A stretch of DNA of 64,000 nt from an uncultured delta proteobacterium (lineage in GTDB: Bacteria; Desulfobacterota; Desulfobacteria; Desulfobacterales; QNYZ01), in contig CAWJQU010000008.1 in assembly GCA_963845145.1 (NCBI GenBank), forward strand, positions 32,001 through 96,000, given 5' to 3'. The notes beneath the pieces were generated by a model. That model did no database searches and had not been told where the DNA came from. It was given only the letters and a program-made list of their open reading frames with translations. Both the position numbers and the translations under genes were made by a program. Shown piece after piece: positions 49,835 through 60,754 of this stretch; positions within the stretch are counted from its first letter, which is position 1; every line of letters starts with the position of its first letter.

Positions 49835-52180
49835 CTAGTGTGCTATTTTAATCTGGCCGGCATCTGTTTTCGACTCAAGCTCAATGCCCACCCGAAAAGA
49901 TTGAAGCCCCTGCACGCCGGGCAGGTCTTCCACATCCAACCTTTCCAAGTCCTGGGTCAGATAACCTTCCGCCTGCAAATAATGGATATGATGTTTGATC
50001 TCTCTGGCTTCATCGGTACTGGAATAGATGACGGCAATCTTTCCGGGTTGGGTCAGGCGTTCACCGGTATTTCTGACGACGGCCTTATCGACGCGGGATT
50101 TAATAATGGCGTGGCGAATATCATAGGCGCCATCCACACTGAATCGCTTTTCATCAAATCGGAATCGGATGGAAAGAGGAACATTCTGCACCAGGATCAG
50201 CTGCCCGATATCCAGAGGTATCTTAAGAGAGGCTTTGAGCGCTTCGACCCGTTTGGCCATGCCGCAGGCCACTTTGAGCTGCCAGAGGCGCAAGTTTTTT
50301 AGGTAAAGCGCATGAAACTCGCCATTTTCCATCATGGAGGCGCCCATATACATCATATAATCGACGCCATCGGTTTCGTGTCTCTCAAAATAATGGGGAA
50401 AGACCGCCTGCGCCTCAGCCTCTTTGCGGTCCAGGTAATTGGCCAGTTTTTGGCTAAGGGCTGAAAAACTCTCCTCAAAATCCTGACGAAGCTGGTACAC
50501 CGTTCCCATTTGCCCGTCAACGGTCAACTGGTAGGTGTCAACCGCCCGCGAAACTTTCAAACCCATGCCGTTTAACCGAGGAAAAAGAGACTCCACCTCT
50601 TCGCGCAAAAACCGAACCACAGACAGCTCATCACCCGTGTCCAGACTCGCTTTCACTTTTTCGATATAGGCACCAATCCGCCCCAACAACTCCTGTAAAA
50701 TGGGGAGTGGCTGGGCCTGGTTTGCATACCGGATCACATCAAAGCCCAATTGCAGGTGCTTGGTCAAATCGGACTGAATGGCCAGATTGCGCTCATTGCT
50801 TGATCCGCGAATATCGGCGGAAGCGTAAAGAGGGTAGACACTTTTGAAGGCAATGGGCTCAATTTCAGCATTCGGGTCCAACCGTAATTTCTCCAGAAAC
50901 CCTATGGCTGCCTGGCGAAACCGCCATTCCACCGAGGGGTGGATGGCGGTGCAGTTCTCCTTGATCACTTTCTGCACCTGATAATTGAGCTCGTCCAAAG
51001 CCTTTTCGAGGGCCACCGAGAACATCGGCAGGATCTGTTCCATCAATAGGGCATCCATCGGTCCGAAATCCCGGGGACGGGGTGAGCCAAGGTCCAATGT
51101 GCCAATACATTCATCTTTGTTGCTTAAGGGGGCGATCAGGCAGGAACGAATGCCGTTATTGACGATTTCCTGCTCGAGATTCCCCTCGGAGACGACATCG
51201 GCCATATCCGGCACCCGGACAATTTCATTGCGATCGACGGCTTGTTCGAAGACACTCCCCTTGAACTCTTTAAGCGGCACATGCCTTGTGTCGGCGAAAA
51301 TACAATTATGGACCATGTCCGTACCCGAATTGAGCAGCAGGACCTGGTCATCTTGAAGGGCCGCCAGGGAAGCCACTATGTCGGGCCGCTTAAAAAGCGT
51401 TCGGATGTTCTGTTGAATACTTAAAAACCCCTCTTTGGATACAATCGACTCCTGATCGATCAGGTCCCGTTGAAGGGCGGAAACCATCTCGGTTTCAGTG
51501 ATATCAACGGCCCTTAAAAGGACAAATCCCCTCAGTTCGAAATCCTCGGGGGACAAGATTTCCCGCAACACTTCCGGCTCGGTGACATGCTCCCTGAGAC
51601 GATGGCGTTCTTCTTCCGTCAGCTCTCTCGGGGTTTTAAGCGCATGAATCTCCACAAATCGAAAATCCATTTCAATCTTGAAATGACGATCCAGCCCGGT
51701 ATCCGGATCCTGAACAATTCGAATGACAGGATAATCAATGCGCTGTTTAATCCCGTAAAATTGTTCCAGAATGAAAAGGTAGGCCCGAATCACCCGCCCG
51801 CGATCAAATTGTTTTCTACCGACATTAATCTTCCCTTTTAAACGGCCATTTTCATCAATAAAAAACTGCTTAAACCGCGGCGAGATAAAAAAGGGTTCAA
51901 TGGAGAATGGTATCACCGCCCCAATGATATCGGTCTCCCATGACAAGGGCGAAATGACGGTCCCCATCAGCCGCTTCACCAGGTCACGATGCTTTTCTAA
52001 GACGGCCGCGTCCCGAATCGGGCCCCGCAGTTTTTCAGCCCCATTCAGCAGATCATTAAGGCCCTCGCGGTTAAAGCCCAGGGAGTGATCAAAATCCGCC
52101 TTTTTTTCCTGGATGTAGCCCAGAAGCGGGTCGAAACTCAACACGGATTGAAAGGCATACTCGTCAATGTTATCTGTCAT
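49835..52180 (-). CDS. GAF-domain protein
   Basis: Central GIRSCLIAPL..IGTLDLGS GAF motif; TAIHPSVEWRF, DIRGSS and FSVDGAYDIR. Confidence 0.75.
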   Translation of the reverse strand: MTDNIDEYAFQSVLSFDPLLGYIQEKKADFDHSLGFNREGLNDLLNGAEKLRGPIRDAAVLEKHRDLVKRLMGTVISPLSWETDIIGAVIPFSIEPFFISPRFKQFFIDENGRLKGKINVGRKQFDRGRVIRAYLFILEQFYGIKQRIDYPVIRIVQDPDTGLDRHFKIEMDFRFVEIHALKTPRELTEEERHRLREHVTEPEVLREILSPEDFELRGFVLLRAVDITETEMVSALQRDLIDQESIVSKEGFLSIQQNIRTLFKRPDIVASLAALQDDQVLLLNSGTDMVHNCIFADTRHVPLKEFKGSVFEQAVDRNEIVRVPDMADVVSEGNLEQEIVNNGIRSCLIAPLSNKDECIGTLDLGSPRPRDFGPMDALLMEQILPMFSVALEKALDELNYQVQKVIKENCTAIHPSVEWRFRQAAIGFLEKLRLDPNAEIEPIAFKSVYPLYASADIRGSSNERNLAIQSDLTKHLQLGFDVIRYANQAQPLPILQELLGRIGAYIEKVKASLDTGDELSVVRFLREEVESLFPRLNGMGLKVSRAVDTYQLTVDGQMGTVYQLRQDFEESFSALSQKLANYLDRKEAEAQAVFPHYFERHETDGVDYMMYMGASMMENGEFHALYLKNLRLWQLKVACGMAKRVEALKASLKIPLDIGQLILVQNVPLSIRFRFDEKRFSVDGAYDIRHAIIKSRVDKAVVRNTGERLTQPGKIAVIYSSTDEAREIKHHIHYLQAEGYLTQDLERLDVEDLPGVQGLQSFRVGIELESKTDAGQIKIAH

Positions 52181-52383
52181 AACGCGATCCTCACTATAGC
52201 GCGTTTAAAATCATCCGTTGACAGGCCGCTAAAAACCGCTTAAGCGAGCTCATGTCCCTGACTTCCAACGGTTGGGTCCAATACAATCGTCTGATCATTT
52301 CAAGTCAAAAATAACCCCTTTAGTGATCATAAGCATCAATTAATTATATGCCAACAATAGATGTCAATGATTCTGATCGCCGA

Positions 52384-53136
52384 TTATTTTTGCGGTAAAA
52401 TGGATGAAATGCCATCAATTAGGGCGCACACCGCCTGGGCGGCTCTATCAAAAGCCAGGGGCAGGGTCCAGGACGCTTTGTCTCGGTCGCCCACCTGGTT
52501 GCTGGCCGACCGAATTTCTAAAAAGGGGATATCGTAATGAATGCACACATGCGCCGCGGCGACACCCTCCATATTCTCCATGAGGCAACCATATGCGTCG
52601 GTTAACTTTTGGGCCCGTTGGTCTGTGGCGGTCACCGTCACGACCGTCAGAAAAGGACCTAAGGCGACCTTAACGGTGCTATCGGCCATGGTCTGTTGTA
52701 ACCGCTTGTAAGCGCTGCGGGCCATATCCTGATCAAACGGATACCGGTTTTGGATACGGATCGATCCTTTTTCTAGAAGGGGAAACGGCAGCGGAGCAAC
52801 CGGCAGATCGTCTGCGAAGACTTCGACCCCCAGTTGGGCGTCGATTTCCTGGGTAGCAATGCCGATATCACCGTTGGTCAGCCCCGATTTTTCGAATACG
52901 CCGGCACAACCGGTCTGGATAACCAGCATGGGCGGTTCGGCCGATATCGCCGCCGTCAATGCCCGGGTTGTATTGATAAGACCCGGCCCGGTCTCCAGCA
53001 AGTGAACATCTTGACCGGCTAGGCGGCCGGAGAGATCCAGCCTACCGTCTTTCAGGGATTGAGGCGGTGCCTCCAATTGCCGAACAAACCCTTGGAGTTC
53101 ATCGGAAACCGCCGCGATGACGAGTATGGGGGCCAT
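52384..53136 (-). CDS. mqnB: Futalosine hydrolase (PNP/MTA nucleosidase fold)
   Basis: TGPGLINT, QTGCAG, ENMEG.AAAH and EIRSASNQVGDRDK..W. Confidence 0.8.
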   Translation of the reverse strand: MAPILVIAAVSDELQGFVRQLEAPPQSLKDGRLDLSGRLAGQDVHLLETGPGLINTTRALTAAISAEPPMLVIQTGCAGVFEKSGLTNGDIGIATQEIDAQLGVEVFADDLPVAPLPFPLLEKGSIRIQNRYPFDQDMARSAYKRLQQTMADSTVKVALGPFLTVVTVTATDQRAQKLTDAYGCLMENMEGVAAAHVCIHYDIPFLEIRSASNQVGDRDKASWTLPLAFDRAAQAVCALIDGISSILPQK

Positions 53137-53137
53137 C

Positions 53138-53485
53138 TTACCAGACTTTCCCCCCCAGCAAATGCAGATGCAGGTGAAAGATCCGCTGCCCACCGCCATA
53201 TTCCACATTAAAGAGCAACTTATAGCCCTCATCGGCGGTTTTTTGCTGTCGGGCCATGGCTTTACCGGTCATCAGCAATTCGGCCACAATATCACGATCG
53301 GCGTCGGTGAGATCGTTAATGCTGCGAATATGCCGCTTGGGAACAATGAGCAAATGAATGGGGGCATGGGGGTTGATATCCTTGAAAACCACGACATCGT
53401 CGGTTTCGTGCAGAAATTCAGTATCGGTCTTGCCACCGGCAATTTTGCAAAACAGGCATTCCGTATCCATTGAAATATTTCCCAT
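53138..53485 (-). CDS. HIT family nucleotide-binding protein
   Basis: CLFCKI, FKDINPHAPIHLLIVPK and FHLHLHLLGG. Confidence 0.93.
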   Translation of the reverse strand: MGNISMDTECLFCKIAGGKTDTEFLHETDDVVVFKDINPHAPIHLLIVPKRHIRSINDLTDADRDIVAELLMTGKAMARQQKTADEGYKLLFNVEYGGGQRIFHLHLHLLGGKVW

Positions 53486-53834
53486 AGATTGTTTTATTCG
53501 TCCTAAACTGCCACCTAAACTCCGAGTTGGTTTGATGTAATAACCTGTAATTTAATCTTAATCGAAATTGATCAGGTTGGCAATATCGGTTTTAAGGCCC
53601 CTTTTGACGCTTACCCGCAGGCCGACAATCTGATACCAGACAGATAGCCCTCCCCCGCATGCTAACCTAATTTGAGCGATTTTTTGAGAAGGTATGTGCC
53701 AATATATTGAGGTTAAAGCAATGAGGATCTCCATGCTACCGAATTATTTTGATCTTTTAGATTGAACATTTCTTTTCAACCGGGTATGTTGAATAGTTAA
53801 ATTTTTTTCACGCTTTTTTGGAGGGTTAAAACAC

Positions 53835-54951
53835 ATGTCGCTTCCAAATCTAAAATTCGGCGATCTCGTAGCCCGGCTGCCCATTATTCAGGGTGGCATG
53901 GGGGTCGGTATTTCCCTTTCCGGTCTAGCCTTCCGCCGTTGCCAATGAAGGCGGCATCGGTGTCATTGCCACAGCCATGATCGGCATGAAGGACCCTCAT
54001 CGAAGCACGGACCCATTGGGTGCCGATAACCGGATTTTATCCGATGAAATCCGCAAAGCCCATGAAAAAATGACCGACGGCCTACTGGGTGTCAATATCA
54101 TGTGCGCCCTGACCAACTTCAAGGAGTTGGTGGTGACCTCACTGAAGGAAAAAGTGGATGTCATTTTCTCCGGTGCCGGTCTGCCGCTTGATCTGCCCAA
54201 ATATCTGGGAGAGGTTTCCGACGAGTTAAAGGAGAAGGTCAAAACCAAGCTTGTACCCATTGTCTCCTCGGGGCGCGCGGCCAACGTCCTGTGTCGCAAA
54301 TGGCTGTCGAAATTCGACTACCTGCCCGATGGCTTTGTGGTCGAAGGGCCCAAGGCGGGCGGGCATCTCGGTTTTAAGCCCGACCAGATCGACGATCCCA
54401 ATTTCTCACTGGAAACCATTGTGGCGGATGTTATTAATGCCGTCAAACCTTATGCCGAAAAAGCCAAACGGCACATTCCGGTTATTGCCGCCGGCGGTAT
54501 ATATTCCGGCATGGACATCGCCAAATTTTTACGTATGGGTGCTTCCGGGGTCCAGATGGGCACCCGCTTTGTTGCAACCCATGAGTGCGATGCCGATATC
54601 GCCTTCAAACAGGCCTATATCGACGCCCGTCAAGAAGATATGACCATTATCAAAAGCCCCGTCGGCTTGCCCGGACGAGCGGTTAGAAACAGTTTTCTGG
54701 ATGATGTCGCCGAAGGCAAACGAACGCCGAATAGATGTATTTTCAAGTGTCTGCACAGCTGCGATGAAAAAAAAGCACCCTATTGTATCGCCCAAGCCCT
54801 GGTCAACGCTTACAGGGGAAAACTCAAACACGGGTTTGTTTTCGCCGGAGCCAATGCGTATCTTGTGGATCAAATCGTTTCGGTCAAGGAACTCTTAACC
54901 TCCCTTAAAGATGAATTTGAGACTTTCTGGAACAAGGAAGAACCCGTCTGA
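53835..54951 (+). CDS. Nitronate monooxygenase/FabK-like flavoprotein (frameshift near 53930)
   Basis: LPIIQGGMGVGIS upstream in another frame; SGAGLP, EGPKAGGHLG, IAAGGI and VQMGTRF. Confidence 0.88.
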
Positions 54952-55041
54952 TCCGCCGAACAACGTTTTAAACCGGGTAAAGTGTATAGTTTAGGTACAC
55001 GGGTCCGCAACACCCCGCCGCCTCAACCCAAAAGAATATCA

Positions 55042-55293
55042 ATGGCCTCACAACGCCCTCAACTCAACCAAAATCCGAGTGGTCATTTCTTTGTCGACGA
55101 CCGTTGCATCGGTTGTACCCTATGTACTCTCCTGGCCCCGTCTTTTTTCAGCGAAGACCTCTCCCAGGACACCGCCGTCGATACCGCCTATATTCGGCGC
55201 CAACCCATCACCACTGCCGAAACGGCACTGTGTCGTGAAGCCGTACTGAACTGTCCGACAAATGCCATTGGGGAAAAGGGACCAGGAAAATAG
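55042..55293 (+). CDS. Ferredoxin
   Basis: FFVDDRCIGCTLC...CREAVLNCPTNAIG. Confidence 0.85.
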   Translation: MASQRPQLNQNPSGHFFVDDRCIGCTLCTLLAPSFFSEDLSQDTAVDTAYIRRQPITTAETALCREAVLNCPTNAIGEKGPGK

Positions 55294-55484
55294 CCGATTA
55301 AAAACAAGGCGTCCCGCAGTGAAACAGATTATTGCGATCAGCCAGGGCCAATCAGCCCTCTATCTATGCAAAATATCAAAAACAGGTAGGGCCTTCGGTG
55401 AATGGCCTTTCCAGAAAGTGGTAAAGCGGTCCCCCACCGGTAGGTGGTCATAAGCATGTTTTTAGTTCGATGGCATACTTCCCG

Positions 55485-56075
55485 TTATGGCCGCAGAATA
55501 TCCTGGACGTGACGCATCGTCATCAGGGAGCACCCGTTCATCAGGACAAGCAAAACGGCCAGAGCGATAACGACGATCATGGCCGTTTTTTCCTTACCGT
55601 CCAGGCTGACCACCACGCCACAGAGGAGCAAATAAAGACCGTATAATGAAACCACAAGGGATATCAGGATGCCGAGGCTTATGCTGATTCCGAACAGAAA
55701 GGAGAGCGCGGCGTTGACCGGGTAAAGGACCATCAGTGCTGCAGAGACCCGCACACTGGCCTCATAACCGGGATTGCCGTTGCAGGCGGCTGAAATAAGC
55801 AGCACGATACCCCCGCTCACGAAAAGTCCGATGACGGCAAATATTATGGATTTGATCGGGGCCAGGATCCAGCTACCACCGCCGACCCCTCCCAAACCGA
55901 TCAAACCCCAGATCAGGCCAAAAACCCCGGCGACTGCACCATAAAGGAGTGCCTTGATCAGAGGCTCGACGTAGCCGCCTTCTATTGGCATGGTGTTAAA
56001 ATAGGACTTAGGATCTAAAATGACCGCCTTTGAATCATCGATGAGTTTCTGAATATCAACCCCTTGTACCACCAT
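55485..56075 (-). CDS. YIP1-like membrane protein
   Basis: VILDPKSYFNTMP followed by ~5 TM helices. Confidence 0.7.
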   Translation of the reverse strand: MVVQGVDIQKLIDDSKAVILDPKSYFNTMPIEGGYVEPLIKALLYGAVAGVFGLIWGLIGLGGVGGGSWILAPIKSIIFAVIGLFVSGGIVLLISAACNGNPGYEASVRVSAALMVLYPVNAALSFLFGISISLGILISLVVSLYGLYLLLCGVVVSLDGKEKTAMIVVIALAVLLVLMNGCSLMTMRHVQDILRP

Positions 56076-56568
56076 AATCGCCTCCCCATAGAGATACAGT
56101 AAATAGAACCACTTACCCATTCCATTAAATCAAGTATAGGTCAAGGCACCCTAAACGACGTTATCAGACCTTAGGCAGGATTTTGCAACCACTACTAATT
56201 GATTGCTTCACCTTTTCCTTAAAAAAAAAGCAATCATAAAGGGCAATTCCAGAATAAACTCCAGCAAAAACCCGAAAAGGTATAATCCCAGCACAAAGGG
56301 AGCCTGCAAAAGTGCATCCACCTTTACTCTTTTGCCGGATTTGATTTTTCCCGGGCTACTCGCCAATCGTTTTTTTCTCCAAGCGGTCGATCTGTTTGTT
56401 GAGCGCAGCCACCCGACGGGCAAGTACCTTCACCTCAAGCTTGGCAGCCGGATTCATCTTCAGCCATGGTCATGGCGCTCTGCCAGATGGAGATATACTT
56501 TTCGGCATAATCCGTCAATGTATCGCCCCCCTTGCGCAACAATTGCACCAGGACACCGTGATATCATC

Positions 56569-56652
56569 ACCGCTGAGAACGCGGAGTACGCAGAGAAATG
56601 ATAACGTTTCGTATTATTCATGACCTCTGCGATCTCGGCGAACCCTGAGGTA
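56569..56652. repeat. REP-like inverted repeat
   Basis: accgctgagaacgcggagtacgcagag ... ctctgcgatctcggcgaaccctgaggt. Confidence 0.5.
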
Positions 56653-56690
56653 AATTATCAAAGCCCGGCAAATATAACAGCCTTTGGAAC

Positions 56691-57359
56691 TTATTTTTTC
56701 AACCGGTCTTGTAACTTTTCCACCCCGGCATTCAATTTTTCAACCGCATCAGCCAGCTGTTTTAAATCGCTCTGGGCGGATCGCTTAAACGGTTTGGGCA
56801 GCCATTGGAAGATTTTCTCGACGCCATCTTCGACCTTATCCATTCCGGGAAGGGCTTCGATGTATTTTTTTCCGGTCTCGAATAAGTCGTTGATCCGGTC
56901 ACTCGGATCGGCCTGGAAGTTTCCCTTCAATGTCCGGACATCTTTGACGAGTTTTTCGGATAGCGCAACCACCTCTCCCAGGGCCCCCTTGGCCAAACTT
57001 TGGCCCTCTTTCAGGTAATCGCCGAGAACCCGGCCGGGGTCATCGGTCAATTCTTTGATAAGATCCCGCCCCTCTTCTCTCAAACCGGTAATTTTATGCT
57101 CGACCTCGTCACGGGCATCTTCCAGTATTTTCAGGCCATCATCTTTAATCTTATTCACCCCCTTTTTTGGATCCTTTTTCAACAGATCCAATGTTTCCCG
57201 GGTGGCCGCAATGGATGGCGACACCAGTTTAGAATTATATTCGGTGGCGAATTCAGTTAACTGTTGGGACAACTGGGTCAACCGGTTAATGACAAAGTAA
57301 TCCGATTCCGATTTGGATGATTGCGTTTTTGATGTTTTTTTTGATGCGGTCTTGGCCAT
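56691..57359 (-). CDS. Helical, phasin-like (granule-associated) hypothetical protein
   Basis: Amphipathic, charged helical sequence; C-terminal SDLKQLADAVEKLNAGVEKL resembles PhaF/PhaI-type tails; AAGGAG RBS. Confidence 0.45.
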   Translation of the reverse strand: MAKTASKKTSKTQSSKSESDYFVINRLTQLSQQLTEFATEYNSKLVSPSIAATRETLDLLKKDPKKGVNKIKDDGLKILEDARDEVEHKITGLREEGRDLIKELTDDPGRVLGDYLKEGQSLAKGALGEVVALSEKLVKDVRTLKGNFQADPSDRINDLFETGKKYIEALPGMDKVEDGVEKIFQWLPKPFKRSAQSDLKQLADAVEKLNAGVEKLQDRLKK

Positions 57360-57441
57360 TTTTTGTCTCCTTTAATAAGTATATTGTTAATCTATCCACT
57401 GTGTAAGCGGTACGACAACGATTTAAGCTCTATTAGAATTG

Positions 57442-57494
57442 ATAACGCGTTGCGTTATTCCTGTCAATATGATGCATCGCGTCATGATTGTCAA
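57442..57494. promoter_or_regulatory. Twin palindromic operator-like sites, each next to a minus-strand TTGACA
   Basis: ATAACGC-gtt-GCGTTAT and ATGATGC-atc-GCGTCAT, 27 bp apart, each followed by tgtcaa. Confidence 0.55.
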
Positions 57495-57641
57495 GCTTTG
57501 GGCAATATTTTTATTCTTGACCCTTAAATGGGGAACCGTTAGCATGCACTTTTAATAATTATTTACTCGTAACAGTCTTAAATCGCATACAATAGCTGTA
57601 TATACTTACCGAAATAGACTGCCAAAAGGAAACATTATCCC

Positions 57642-58599
57642 ATGAAACCACGCCGCTCAATCCTATCCGTTCCCGGCCATATCGCCAAAATGCATGCCAA
57701 AGCATGCCAAGGCAATGCCGATGTCATTATGCTGGATCTGGAAGATAGTGTACCGGCCGATGCCAAGCCAGGTGCCCCTGAGATCGTCATTGAATCGATT
57801 CGATCCCTTGACTGGGGCAACAAAACCGTATCCGTTCGTATCAACGGGCTGGATACCCCTTTCGGTTATCAGGATCTACTGGCCGTCGGCGAAAACGTGG
57901 GCCAACAGATCGATACAATTGTACTCCCCAAGACCGACGACGCCGGGGATGTCCACTTCGTCAGCCGCATGCTGGATGGGATCGAAATGCATAAAGGGTT
58001 CTCTAATCACATCGGCATCGAAGCCATCATCGAGTCGGCTCGTGGTCTGGCCCAGGTCAACCCTATTGCCCAAGCCAGCAAACGTCTCAAAACTCTTGTC
58101 TTCGGTATTGCCGACTATTCGGCTTCCATCGGGGCCAAATTGGTATCCATCTCAGGCCATGGCGAAGAAGAAGATGTCTATCCGGGTCATCGCTGGCACT
58201 TTGAAATGAGCCGTTTGGTTATGGTGGCTAAAGCACATGGCCTTATGGCCATCGATGCGCCTTATGGAAACTTTAAAGACACATCCGGCCTTGAACGAGC
58301 CTGTGCCATGGCCTGCGCCCTGGGATTTAATGGGAAATGGGCCATCCATCCCGGCCAGACTCGACACAATCAATCGTGTTTTTTCACCCTCGCAAGAAGA
58401 TGTAAACCGGGCTCTGAAAGTACTTAAGGCCTACGAAGCAGCCCAAGCCAAAGGGCGCGGGGCCGCCGCCATCGATGGCCGAATGATCGACGGCGCTACG
58501 GTTCGTTTGGCCCGCCAATTGAGAACGCAGGCGGAGTATCTTGGTTTGATAAAAAAAGAAGGGGGTGCGCTTGTAAAAGAGGAGGGTAATCACAAGTAA
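57642..58599 (+). CDS. CitE/malyl-CoA lyase (HpcH/HpaI) family protein (frameshift near 58355)
   Basis: RRSILSVPG, MLDLEDSV, VRING, IIESARG, FGIADY, GKWAIHP then IDGRMID. Confidence 0.9.
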
Positions 58600-58972
58600 A
58601 ATTTAAAAAGCATGGTTGATATTTGCGATTGCCCCTACATAAGCACATCCATTATGGGATTTCGGGCGGTCTCGAAATGGATAAAAAATCAATGACGATT
58701 CAAAAAAGATCATACCCTAAGGAAACTGACCGTACTCAAATATATTGCGCTTAACCTTGATAATCAATAAACGTCTTGTTAACACAGTAATCATCAAAGG
58801 AGACTTGTATTGTCGTGGGAACCGTCTACGCAATGCAGAAATTAGAAAATCCGGGAAGAGAGAAACTCAGGGCTCGTGCAAAATTAACTCGTATTGAAAT
58901 ATGGAATCCTTCAAGCGGAATAACGGGTTCTTTATAGCAGGATTTCCCTATTCAACCTTGAATTTTGAATAT

Positions 58973-59152
58973 CTATGTCTGGTCGTCTATCTCTGCGTTT
59001 TGGACGTTTTTTTTGATAGACTCGATGGTTTTTATTACACTCTGTCGCTGTTTATACCCTTCTCCCGAAAATACGTTCCGACCGTTGGGGGCTTTAAACA
59101 GAAATCGGTATTCACCTTTTTTGTCTTTGTAAATTTCAAACTTGTACGCCAT
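58973..59152 (-). CDS. YegP/DUF1508 family small protein (not in ORF track)
   Basis: MAYKFEIYKDKKGEYRFLFKAPNGRNVFSGEGYKQRQSVIKTIESIKKNVQNAEIDDQT; AGGAGG RBS. Confidence 0.85.
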   Translation of the reverse strand: MAYKFEIYKDKKGEYRFLFKAPNGRNVFSGEGYKQRQSVIKTIESIKKNVQNAEIDDQT

Positions 59153-59273
59153 AGTGTCCTCCTTTTTGACCTGATAAAATTTACCTAAATGTTGGGGCTG
59201 TACTTTTTTGAAAACATTTATTCATTCGTTATCACTATAATATGTTAAAAATGTCAAGAAACATTCTAATTTC

Positions 59274-60004
59274 TTAGGTTATTAAAGATATTCCATACAA
59301 CGCACTATATCCAGCCAGGTAAAGTGTGGGTGTATCCCAAGTGTGTGGTGAAAAAGCTTCGACAACGGTCATGAGCAAGGGGATGGCAACCAGTGCAATG
59401 ATGAATTGTAATTGCGTAAATGATGAACGAAAAATAATAGCCACTATCACGCTTGCAAGAAAAACACATGCACTTCCTTCCAGGGTACGAACATATTTCT
59501 TTTTTGAAAAAAAGGCATACGTTGTATATTTATGCCTTCCGAACCGAATACCAATGGGCTCTGCAAGGCCATCTCCAAAGGCTACTATTAGCAGAGGGAT
59601 CCAAATTATTCCGGCCAAACCGTTTACTACAAAAAACATTACAGCCGGCACAAGTATCAAATAACCGGCAAGAATTTGGGTAAATAGCCACCAAAGCGTA
59701 TTCGGTCGGTCTTCCGGGCGATCGAATGATAAAAACATAGTGGCAACAATCGGCAGCCTCTCCCGAATAGGCTTGATATAAATAAACAAAACAAAAGTAC
59801 CGATGATACACCCAATGATAAACCGTAAAAAAGTTTGTTCATGTGGAAAAATGGATCTTAAAAACACAGGAACAAAAAAAAGAGCGAAGTGGTTTATCTT
59901 ACGTGTATAGTTTACCTTAACTCCCAATTGTCTCACTAAAAGACCGGTGGTAAATTGAATGGTAAGCAAGCTTGTTAAGATAGACAACTGGAATAATATA
60001 AAAA
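59274..60004 (-). CDS. CTP-dependent phytol/dolichol/diacylglycerol kinase-like membrane protein; 5' end probably split by IS200
   Basis: RKINHF, FGDGLAEPIG.RFG, RTLEGS and WDTP motifs; multiple TM helices. Confidence 0.7.
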
Positions 60005-60645
60005 TCCACCCCCAGAGGGGGTGGTATTAAGTTTACCCCTATAAGGGGGTAAGCCTGTCTCTTGCCCCCTGAGGAGGCGAGATTAATTGTCCCCAATTTT
60101 GGCGATGCTTATTTTTCTATCTTTTTCTCTTGTGCTTCTTGGTACTTAACATATTTCCGTATTCTATCGGCATCAAGGCCAACTGTATCAACACAGTAAC
60201 CTCTGGCCCAAAAATGATTACCCCAATAGGGCTTTTTCTTTAAATTGCGAAATCGATTGAATACACGTATTGCCGTACGTCCCTTGACGATGCCCATATA
60301 GTCAGATATCGAAACTTTCGGCGGTACCATTACCACTAAGTGGACATGGTCAATCTGGACATTTAACTCAACGATTTCGCAATCTTTTTGTTCGCTAAAC
60401 ATCCTTATACCGTTTGTAACTTCTGTAGCGACAGCACCTTCGAGAATTCTCAAACGATATTTGGGCGTCCAAACCATATGATACTGGCAATGCCAAATTG
60501 TATGTGATAACTTTCTGAATCGGCTCATTTTTTACTCCTTTCCTATTAGTTATGGGGACAACTATAAGATGAAGTAACTTATGAGCCGACTCTGTTCAAC
60601 CGGCAGAGCCGTTGAACTCTGACCACCCCCCAAGGGGGTGGTTTT
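60005..60645 (-). mobile_element. IS200/IS605 family element (tnpA only)
   Basis: Near-identical subterminal hairpins ccacccccagagggggtgg (60006-60024) and accaccccccaagggggtggt (60622-60642) flank tnpA. Confidence 0.88.
60109..60528 (-). CDS. tnpA: IS200 family Y1 (HUH) transposase
   Basis: YHMVWTPKYR, DHVHL (HUH), FWARGY and IRKYVKYQ. Confidence 0.95.
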   Translation of the reverse strand: MSRFRKLSHTIWHCQYHMVWTPKYRLRILEGAVATEVTNGIRMFSEQKDCEIVELNVQIDHVHLVVMVPPKVSISDYMGIVKGRTAIRVFNRFRNLKKKPYWGNHFWARGYCVDTVGLDADRIRKYVKYQEAQEKKIEK

Positions 60646-60754
60646 CTATGATAGAAATAAAATAAGTCACTTATTTTTAGCTCCATTTCAAAAATTTTGA
60701 ACATCGTTGATATTTCAAATCTGATATTTGAAGGATCGTCGAAGTAATCTGCAA

